Virus genome (UHGV): UHGV-1342882
From: a virus
Length of the DNA stretch: 32,827 nucleotides
Strand: one strand, 5' to 3'
The notes under the pieces: generated by a model
Told to the model about the DNA's origin: nothing
Seen by the model: only the letters and a program-made list of their open reading frames with translations
The model's database searches: none
Shown: positions 17,829-25,217 of the stretch, piece by piece
Layout of the letters: each line of letters begins with the position of its first letter
Position numbering within the stretch: the first letter of the stretch is position 1
Translations under genes and position numbers: made by a program

Positions 17829-18851
17829 TTACGCGCCCCCTCCCGGTGCAACTTCGCCGGTCGCAAGGGTGATTTTGTCGAATGCCGCATACAGCTCGTC
17901 ATGCTCGACGCCGTAACCTTCCATGCGCAGATAGTTGTTCTCGAAGCGCTTGCGGTCGTCGTTCCATTCCGCTTTACGCTTACGTGTACCCTGCTGGGTG
18001 TAGATATGCAGGTTGTCCAGCGTGGTGACGATAAGGCGACCCTCCGGCATAAACGGCGGGGTGTACACGGTACGGCCAGCAATCTGGCGGCCAATAAGCT
18101 GCGCGGCAACTTTCTCAGTCGGGCGATCAATCTTATTCATCATTGTGGTGGCGTCGTTGCCGATAAGGTCAGCGGAAGCCAGCACGACCAGGCGTGGGTC
18201 ATTGCGGAATGGCTCATAAATGCAGGTGTGCACAAGGTCCGTGACTGCCGCGTCCAGCCCAATAAAGTCAGCCCCTGACGCACCGATAGTGACGGCATCA
18301 GAAATAATCTGCTCAGATGAACGGTCTTTAACGATTTTGTGCCAGCCGATGTTGACGTCTTCGCCGTTCGGGTTAGCTTCCGGGTCGGTGTCTTCTGCAA
18401 CACTCGTACCGTTGAACGCCACGCGTAACATGTCCAGCGCGAAAGATTCGTTGCTGAATGCCTGAATACGCTGGAAAAACTCCTCTTCGCTGCCCGCGTT
18501 CGCCCAGACAACCAGCAGGGAGTAAGGCAGATACGAACCAGAATCCGTTTCTACCAGCTTGTACTCGTTACCGGACACACCCAGGGCGCGAGAGAAACGA
18601 CCGTCTTTTTTACGTCCGGTATAAATACCCGGTTTACCGGTGCTGACCACCTGGCCGGTGATCTGGTCCACATCCAGCACGTTAGGCAGCAGACGCAGGA
18701 ACTCAGAACTTTGCAGCAGGGCATTGCGCAGCTGGGTTTCTTTCGGATTGGTCAGCGAGAAGTAGCGCGACGTGTCCACCTGGCCGTTAGCTTTCGCCAG
18801 GCCTGCGGCAAACTTACGCAGCATCTGCTCTGCTTTTGGGGTTAATTGCAT
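17829..18851 (-). CDS. N: Major capsid protein, P2 gpN family
   Basis: 340 aa; segments NESFALDMLRVAFNGTS and LIVTTLDNLHIY align with the P2 gpN segments I recall (SLDFIMAGFNGVK, MLITKLENLSIY). Confidence 0.85.
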   Translation of the reverse strand: MQLTPKAEQMLRKFAAGLAKANGQVDTSRYFSLTNPKETQLRNALLQSSEFLRLLPNVLDVDQITGQVVSTGKPGIYTGRKKDGRFSRALGVSGNEYKLVETDSGSYLPYSLLVVWANAGSEEEFFQRIQAFSNESFALDMLRVAFNGTSVAEDTDPEANPNGEDVNIGWHKIVKDRSSEQIISDAVTIGASGADFIGLDAAVTDLVHTCIYEPFRNDPRLVVLASADLIGNDATTMMNKIDRPTEKVAAQLIGRQIAGRTVYTPPFMPEGRLIVTTLDNLHIYTQQGTRKRKAEWNDDRKRFENNYLRMEGYGVEHDELYAAFDKITLATGEVAPGGGA

Positions 18852-18879
18852 AATCTTTTATTCCTGAAAAGAATGGCTG

Positions 18880-19941
18880 TTAAACAAACTCAAACGGTTC
18901 TTTGCTTCCGCCTGGCGCACTGCCAGGGCGGCGCGTATTGCCGTTTTCCATCGCTGACAACTTGGTCAGGACGGTAGTCAGCTGCGTGGTAAGGTTGTCC
19001 ATCTGGTTGCCAGCTGGCTGGCGACGGGCGGAAAAGTCACGGCGACGGCTGGCGCGTGGGCGCTTCGCTGGCGTCACATTGAATGACTTCATGACTTTTG
19101 CCAGGTTGGCTTTGGCGGCGCTGAATTCTTCCGCTTTGACTTCGTCTTCCGGGTTTTCGATAACGTCCTGCGCCAGCTCGGCCACCTCGTCGGCAGCATC
19201 AGCGATCTGGGCGGCAACATCTGCCACCACATCAGCGGCCTGTTCCGGGGTATCAACCGTGTCAGCATCACCCGTTGCGGCGTCTTTACCGCTTTTAAGC
19301 AGATCCAGCATTTGCTGAATGAGCGCTTTTAATTCTTCCATTTTTTCTCCGTCGCCCTCGGTGGGCTTATCAGTGTTTGGCTCTGGCGTTGGCGTAAAAT
19401 CTTTACTGGCCGAAAATAAACGCGACCAGAAAGAATCTTTTTTATCCGGTTTACTTGTCTGTAATTTTCCTAAGCTGAATGTTTCCAGACTCCCGCGCTC
19501 GGCGTCTTTTTCTTCACCGGCTAAAACAAATTTAAGTTTTTCCGTTCCCAGACTTGCCGGAATATCCGTCACAGCCAGCCCGAAAAGATATTCACGACCA
19601 CTGCCTGCAAAATCAGTGACAAATTCGGCTGACGTAAATAACTTTTGCCCCATACGGTTGGCATCAATTAAAAATTGATTCGGGATTAACTGGGCATATA
19701 ACTTCGTGACGTCACCTTCCGTTTCCACTTTCAGCGCGTCCACTTCACCCAGGTTGCAGGTAAATTCACGCTCGCCGATATCGTATTGCGGGTGGTGCGG
19801 CCAAATCATGGCGGTGTAGGTTTTGCGGGTGTAGGTTTCTGCCGCATCAATCAACCATTGCGGTTCAATGGTGCGACCGTCCACAGCCTGTCCAGATGTG
19901 GCAATACATAGCCAATCCGTGCGGTAATGAGATTGCGGCAT
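18880..19941 (-). CDS. Capsid scaffolding protein, gpO-like
   Basis: 353 aa, acidic Ala/Asp/Glu-rich middle region; first gene of the leftward late operon, divergent from the terminase gene as in P2. Confidence 0.7.
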   Translation of the reverse strand: MPQSHYRTDWLCIATSGQAVDGRTIEPQWLIDAAETYTRKTYTAMIWPHHPQYDIGEREFTCNLGEVDALKVETEGDVTKLYAQLIPNQFLIDANRMGQKLFTSAEFVTDFAGSGREYLFGLAVTDIPASLGTEKLKFVLAGEEKDAERGSLETFSLGKLQTSKPDKKDSFWSRLFSASKDFTPTPEPNTDKPTEGDGEKMEELKALIQQMLDLLKSGKDAATGDADTVDTPEQAADVVADVAAQIADAADEVAELAQDVIENPEDEVKAEEFSAAKANLAKVMKSFNVTPAKRPRASRRRDFSARRQPAGNQMDNLTTQLTTVLTKLSAMENGNTRRPGSAPGGSKEPFEFV

Positions 19942-20118
19942 AGCTGACCTTTAATAATGAATTTAAATAACAATAATTCGTTTGTGGTGGTTAGTATTGC
20001 GAATTGATTAAAACAGCGCGACCGCTTTATTTCTTATGTATTCGGTTATAACTGGATAGCCACTTTATACCGATATTTAATTATAAATTCTGCAAAATAA
20101 TCCCGCCATAATAGCCGC
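19942..20118. promoter_or_regulatory. AT-rich divergent late promoter region between scaffold (O) and large terminase (P) genes
   Basis: 177-bp AT-rich intergenic region between divergently transcribed operons; I did not find a clear P2-type TGT-N12-ACA Ogr site by eye. Confidence 0.4.
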
Positions 20119-21930
20119 ATGGCTAAATATTCCGATGAATTAAAAGAAGCGGTCCGCACGCTTTATATAAAAAGCTGGACGCCGAAAGATATTGCGCAGG
20201 AACTGAATATTCCACCGCGTACAATTTACCACTGGGCTGACGTCGGGAAGTGGGCATCACTGCTGCCTGTTGAATCGGTGGAAAATGTCATCGCCCGCCG
20301 TATCGACCAGCTCTCCCGCCGCGAGAAAAAAACGGCGCTGGAACTGGAAGAACTGCGCGATCTGATTGCTCACCATGTGAAACTCATGGCGCAGCGCAAC
20401 AAGCACGCCGAAAAGCTGGCAGAAATTCAGGCCCAGAAAGCGGCTTATGATGGTGAAGGGTACTGCCTCAGCAGCGCAGGCGGGGAACCAAGGGAAAGAA
20501 AGCGCCGGTATAAGAAAAACGACGTTTCCGGTATTACAGCGGAAATGCTCGACACCTGGGCGCGGGAACATCTCTTCGAGTACCAGCTGCACTGCCGCGA
20601 ACATAAAGGCGAAGACTGGCGCTTCATTCTGAAAAGCCGCCAGGTGGGTATGACCTATTATTTCGCCTGGGAAGCATTTGAAGACGCCGTCATTACCGGT
20701 GATAACCAGGTCTTTTTCTCTGCAAGCCGATCCCAGTCGGAAATCTTCCGCGAATACATCGTCCAGATCGCCCAGAACCATTTCGGCGTGACGCTGACGG
20801 GTAAAAATATCCGCCTCAGTAACGGCGCAATACTGCGCTTTTTGTCCACGAACGCCAGCACCGCACAGGGCTTTAACGGCCACCTGTATGGCGATGAGGT
20901 TTTCTGGATCCCGAAATTCACGCGCCTGCATGAAGTTGCCAGTGCAATGGCAACGCATAACAAATACCGCACGACCTACTTTTCGACGCCCAGCGCGAAA
21001 ACGCACCAGGCTTACCCGGTCTGGACTGGCGAAGCCTGGCGCGGTGACGACCCGAAACGCAAAGGTGTGGCGTTCCCGACAGAAAGCGAAATGCGCCAGG
21101 GCATTCTCTGCCCGGACCAGATCTGGCGCTACATCATCACGATGGAAGACGCTATCGAAGGTGGCCTCGGTGCGCTTGTCGATATTGAACGGCTTCGCAA
21201 CAAATACAGCCCGACCGCGTTCGCCATGCTCTACATGTGCCAGTTTGTTGACAGTAAAGACGCGGTTTTCAAGTTCTCCGCGCTTGTTGGCTGTGAAGTG
21301 GACCGGGCCACATGGGGCGACTTTGATCTGACTGCTGCGCGGCCCTTCGGCAATCGCGAAGTATGGGCAGGTTTTGACCCGTCGCGCTCCGGCGACAACT
21401 CAACATTTGTGTTAATCGCGCCCCCTATAGAGGACGGCGAGCGCTTCCGCGTGCTGGCCGTCTGGCAATGGCAGGGTTTTAACTTCAGCTGGCAGGCCGA
21501 CCAGATAAAGCAGCTTATGCGCCGCTTTAACATCACTTACATCGGGATCGATACAACCGGCATAGGTAAAGGCGTTTATGACCTGGTCAGCAAATTTGCG
21601 CCACGCGAAGCCACACCCATTCTTTACAGCGTCGAAAGCAAAAACCGCCTGGTGATGAAGATGATCGACGTTGTCGAGCGTAAGCGCATCGAATGGGCAA
21701 AAGACGCCGTAGACGAAACGAACAAGGAGCGCGTCGAAATTCCGGCCAGCTTTATGGCTATCCGGCGCACGACAACCAACAGCGGCAACGCGCTGACGTT
21801 TGTTGCCGAACGTTCAGACGCGACCGGCCATGCAGATGTTTTCTTCGCTATCTCGCACGCCGTAATTAACGAACCTATCGATCACGAATATGACCGCCCA
21901 TCGGGCTGGTACTTTGGGAAAGCAGCATGA
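20119..21930 (+). CDS. Terminase large (ATPase) subunit, gpP-like
   Basis: 603 aa; divergent from gpO and followed by the portal gene with ATGA overlap, as in P2. Confidence 0.8.
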   Translation: MAKYSDELKEAVRTLYIKSWTPKDIAQELNIPPRTIYHWADVGKWASLLPVESVENVIARRIDQLSRREKKTALELEELRDLIAHHVKLMAQRNKHAEKLAEIQAQKAAYDGEGYCLSSAGGEPRERKRRYKKNDVSGITAEMLDTWAREHLFEYQLHCREHKGEDWRFILKSRQVGMTYYFAWEAFEDAVITGDNQVFFSASRSQSEIFREYIVQIAQNHFGVTLTGKNIRLSNGAILRFLSTNASTAQGFNGHLYGDEVFWIPKFTRLHEVASAMATHNKYRTTYFSTPSAKTHQAYPVWTGEAWRGDDPKRKGVAFPTESEMRQGILCPDQIWRYIITMEDAIEGGLGALVDIERLRNKYSPTAFAMLYMCQFVDSKDAVFKFSALVGCEVDRATWGDFDLTAARPFGNREVWAGFDPSRSGDNSTFVLIAPPIEDGERFRVLAVWQWQGFNFSWQADQIKQLMRRFNITYIGIDTTGIGKGVYDLVSKFAPREATPILYSVESKNRLVMKMIDVVERKRIEWAKDAVDETNKERVEIPASFMAIRRTTTNSGNALTFVAERSDATGHADVFFAISHAVINEPIDHEYDRPSGWYFGKAA

Positions 21931-22988
21931 CAAAGAAACAGCGTAAAAATAAAAAATTCAGGTCCATGACCGGCAGCAAGGTTGAAACCTTCACGCCAGG
22001 GCGCGGAAGCGTGATCACATTTGGCGAACCCGAACCCATCCTGACGACCGGCACGGATTATCACAATATCTGGTATGACAATGAATATGACCACTGGCGA
22101 CTCCCGATTGATCGCCTGGCGCTGGCCCAGTTGCCGAACCTTAACGGCCAGCATGGTGGGGTGCTGTATGCGCGGCGCAATATGGTGGCCGGTGGCTATA
22201 TTGGCGGCGGCCTGACACCTGACCAGGTCGAACAGGCTGTCTTTGATTACCTGCTGTTTGGTGACGTCGCTATCCTGAAAATTCGTAACGTATTCGGGGA
22301 AGTGATCGACCTGCTGCCGCTGCCGTCGTTGTATCTGCGCTGCCGGAAAGACGGCTCGTTTGCCGTTCTGCAGGAAGGGCCAGCGCTTATCTATGACCCG
22401 GAAGACATCGTTTTCTTTAAAATGTACGACCCGCGCCAGCAGGTATATGGCCTGCCTGACTATATCGGCGGCATCCATTCGGTGTTACTCAACAGTGAGG
22501 CAACCATCTTCCGGCGCCGTTACTACAATAACGGGGCGCATATGGGCTTTATTCTCTATACCAGCGATCCGAATCTGACGCTGGAAATGGAAAACGAAAT
22601 CAAAGAGAAGATCGCCCAGTCCAAAGGGCTGGGTAACTTCCGCAATATGTTTATCAACATCCCGAAGGGCGACCCGGAAGGGGTTAAAATCATGCCTGTG
22701 GGCGAAGTCAGCGCAAAGGATGAATTTGCCAACATCAAAGGGATCACCGCGCAGGATATCTTTACCGCTCACCGTTTCCCCGCAGGGCTGGCAGGTATCA
22801 TCCCGACCAATGGCGCGGTAATGGGCAACCCTGAAACCGCCCGCACAACCTATCGCAAGGATGAAGTTATCCCGTTGCAGCGCAAGCTAATGAACGGCGT
22901 CAACAATGACCCGGAGATCCCCCCACATTTGCACCTGCATTTTGATGTAGATATCCCGGCAATCACCACCGAAAAGGGCGAAAAATGA
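21927..22988 (+). CDS. Portal protein, gpQ-like
   Basis: 353 aa, translationally coupled to the terminase gene; size and position match P2 gpQ. Confidence 0.8.
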   Translation: MTKKQRKNKKFRSMTGSKVETFTPGRGSVITFGEPEPILTTGTDYHNIWYDNEYDHWRLPIDRLALAQLPNLNGQHGGVLYARRNMVAGGYIGGGLTPDQVEQAVFDYLLFGDVAILKIRNVFGEVIDLLPLPSLYLRCRKDGSFAVLQEGPALIYDPEDIVFFKMYDPRQQVYGLPDYIGGIHSVLLNSEATIFRRRYYNNGAHMGFILYTSDPNLTLEMENEIKEKIAQSKGLGNFRNMFINIPKGDPEGVKIMPVGEVSAKDEFANIKGITAQDIFTAHRFPAGLAGIIPTNGAVMGNPETARTTYRKDEVIPLQRKLMNGVNNDPEIPPHLHLHFDVDIPAITTEKGEK

Positions 22989-23302
22989 GCGCAGTTAAGT
23001 TAAAATCATCCCCATTGTTAGCAATGGCGTGCGGGATGGTGAACATGCGAGTTTTTAAAATTAAATGTCCTGAATGCGGCTCACCGGCCATCATTCGTAA
23101 ATCTGACTGGAAAGACAAAAAACTGGCTGATTTATACTGCGCCTGCACGGAAGTTGAATGCGGCCACACCTTTGTTTTTAACGCCCAGTTTTCACATACC
23201 CTAAGCCCCAGCGGACTGACCGGCAACAAGCTGGTTAAATTTCTAATTGATCGACTCAAGCCGGAAGAACGCCAGATAGCATTGGAATTACTTCAACAAT
23301 AA
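22985..23302 (+). CDS. Ogr/Delta-family zinc-finger late transcription activator (probable start at 23045, MRVFKIKCPEC)
   Basis: Cys pattern CPEC ... CACTEVEC resembles the Ogr C-x2-C ... C-x4-C zinc finger; small basic protein. Confidence 0.55.
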   Translation: MSAVKLKSSPLLAMACGMVNMRVFKIKCPECGSPAIIRKSDWKDKKLADLYCACTEVECGHTFVFNAQFSHTLSPSGLTGNKLVKFLIDRLKPEERQIALELLQQ

Positions 23303-23329
23303 ATACTCCGCCTTTAAGGCGGAGTATTT
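23301..23329. terminator. Bidirectional terminator between convergent ogr-like and HEPN genes
   Basis: Perfect 12-bp inverted repeat aaatactccgcc / ggcggagtattt with 5-nt loop, T-rich on both sides. Confidence 0.7.
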
Positions 23330-23332
23330 ATT

Positions 23333-23953
23333 TTAGGCTTGCTGTTTATATAAATAACTTTCTTGCGTTAAAAACAAGTCAATTTCTTCTAACATGATAT
23401 CAATTGCTGCTTTCACTGCATCGATGTATAACTCAATATTTTCCTGAGTTGGTAAAATCGAGTTTTCTCCATGTGCAATACAGTTTCTCACTTGAACAAG
23501 ACGATCTAGAGTAACAGTTACGTCACTAAATCTTTCAAAATCAAAAGCAAACATTTGACATAGTTCTTTCAATACACCACTATGCAAATTCGATTTAGTT
23601 TCAATTTTTGTCTTAAATTTAACGGTTTTTTTTAATAACTCATTAAATTTATCAGTGAACTCACATCGTTGTTCAAATGATTGCTTCCCACTTAAACTTC
23701 TATATGTGTCACCTAATCCAACTACAACTAATCTAGTAGGTATTTGTAATGGGGTTAGTTCTAATTTATTTAAATGCTTTAAAAGCATTTTTAATGAACT
23801 AACTACAAAACCCTCCCAGTTTGCATAAATCATCGGTACACACATCCGCCCCCATAAAACAGGGTCTACTTGATGGGGGTTGACTCTAAATTTAGCAAAC
23901 TCCCCATCTCGCCAGGAGTTTGTTTCATAAATTTCAGCCACTAAACTATGCAC
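23333..23953 (-). CDS. HEPN-domain protein (MAE_28990/MAE_18760-like), predicted RNase effector of a two-gene defense candidate
   Basis: 206 aa; C-terminal Rx4H HEPN motif in VQVRNCIAHGE; AT-rich; start overlaps the upstream DUF262 gene by 8 nt. Confidence 0.55.
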   Translation of the reverse strand: MHSLVAEIYETNSWRDGEFAKFRVNPHQVDPVLWGRMCVPMIYANWEGFVVSSLKMLLKHLNKLELTPLQIPTRLVVVGLGDTYRSLSGKQSFEQRCEFTDKFNELLKKTVKFKTKIETKSNLHSGVLKELCQMFAFDFERFSDVTVTLDRLVQVRNCIAHGENSILPTQENIELYIDAVKAAIDIMLEEIDLFLTQESYLYKQQA

Positions 23954-24995
23954 TTTTGAAAATCTCTAAAGCTCGATCCATCCGATTACGAGTACGTGCA
24001 GTTGAGAATGTGAGCACGCTAATACTTTGATATTTTTCGTCAGTAAGCAATGTATTTATAGCTTCTGTAATTTTTTGCTCATTACCAATGACAGTATCGA
24101 ATACTTTTGGCAAAGCGTATGATATAGAATCAAAAAGATGTAAGGCAAAAGGTCCATTAGGTCTAAATAACTCCTTGCCGCCATGAGATATTAAGAAATC
24201 AATTAACTCAACAAATGATTTTTTTTCACAATCTAAATCAAAAGCAATGTCACCTTTCGACACGGAGCGCATGAAGTCTGAAAGGAAATTAGGAACAGTA
24301 GTATTAAAATCACCATCAAAATGTTTAAAAGCAAAATAGCGAAGCACTAACTCCTCTAAAAACATTTCTTCTTTTTTAGCTGCTGAAGGGTTAATCAACT
24401 CAATGAAATTTGGCATAACTGCAATTTCACGCAATATTTTATTTAAATCAACAGGGTATGATCTAAAAATACAGTTTCTTATCTCTTGATCAGATAACGG
24501 GCTAGCCCCTGTATTCAGTCGATTAAATAGTTCATACCTAATATCTTCGTTACTATCCCAGCGAACAATCTCAACTCTACAAACTGCTCTTTTAATGGTT
24601 GTTTTTAATCTGATTGGAAGAGCATCAATAGTTATATTTTCTAACTCGGCAACCATTTCTCCTTTGCATAGTTTCAGGTTGTTTTTTTCTGGGAGATTAG
24701 TAAGAACACCAAAAAATGAAAAAATTGTTGATATACGCTGTAAGCCATCAACAACCTCCCATTTTCCCTTATCATCTTCTGCTACAAAAATCGGGGGGAT
24801 CGGTATTCCCAATAAAACAGACTCAATAAATCTTGTTTGTTGAAAATTAGACCAACGAAATGCCCTTTGATATTCAGGAGTGATGAATAAATCTCCGTCT
24901 TCAAACATATTCATCAATTCACCAAAAGACATATCTAAACGATCGGCCTTTAATGAATTTCTTTTCTTAGTAATAACTTCTTCTATATCAACCAT
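23946..24995 (-). CDS. DUF262 (ParB-like / GmrSD N-terminal domain) protein, predicted sensor/NTPase of a two-gene defense candidate
   Basis: 349 aa; signature PEYQRAFRW ... FIESVLLGIPIPPIFV ... VVDGLQRISTI (DGQQR-type motif); no DUF1524/HNH signature seen in the C-terminal half; GGAG RBS 5 nt upstream; AT-rich. Confidence 0.8.
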   Translation of the reverse strand: MVDIEEVITKKRNSLKADRLDMSFGELMNMFEDGDLFITPEYQRAFRWSNFQQTRFIESVLLGIPIPPIFVAEDDKGKWEVVDGLQRISTIFSFFGVLTNLPEKNNLKLCKGEMVAELENITIDALPIRLKTTIKRAVCRVEIVRWDSNEDIRYELFNRLNTGASPLSDQEIRNCIFRSYPVDLNKILREIAVMPNFIELINPSAAKKEEMFLEELVLRYFAFKHFDGDFNTTVPNFLSDFMRSVSKGDIAFDLDCEKKSFVELIDFLISHGGKELFRPNGPFALHLFDSISYALPKVFDTVIGNEQKITEAINTLLTDEKYQSISVLTFSTARTRNRMDRALEIFKSA

Positions 24996-25050
24996 TATTG
25001 CTCCATCAAAATCTAGCTTACCTGAAAGATAATCGGTGGTAGGTGAAATA

Positions 25051-25087
25051 CCATAGCATTATTACAGTTTCTATCTAGCAGAAACAA
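25051..25087 (-). promoter_or_regulatory. Candidate sigma70 promoter of the DUF262-HEPN operon (-35 TTGTTT at 25082..25087, 17-nt spacer, -10 TAATAA at 25059..25064)
   Basis: Hexamers and spacing read directly from the reverse-complemented sequence; not experimentally supported. Confidence 0.35.
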
Positions 25088-25217
25088 TACCTTTTGAGGC
25101 ATATTGAACATAGCATTCCTTTCAAGTGGCTAAATTGACTACCGGGCTCTTTGCCGCCCGCACCCGCAGAATCACGCCAACCGACGCAACCAGTTGCGAC
25201 GGCCAGCGCGATTGCAT

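Noticed and set aside
17338-17916. 192-aa plus-strand ORF antisense to the small terminase and capsid genes
   Set aside because: Antisense to two strongly supported genes and spans their junction; no RBS.
20257-21006. 249-aa minus-strand ORF inside the large terminase gene
   Set aside because: Antisense to a well-supported terminase CDS; Cys/Phe-rich composition typical of spurious antisense ORFs.
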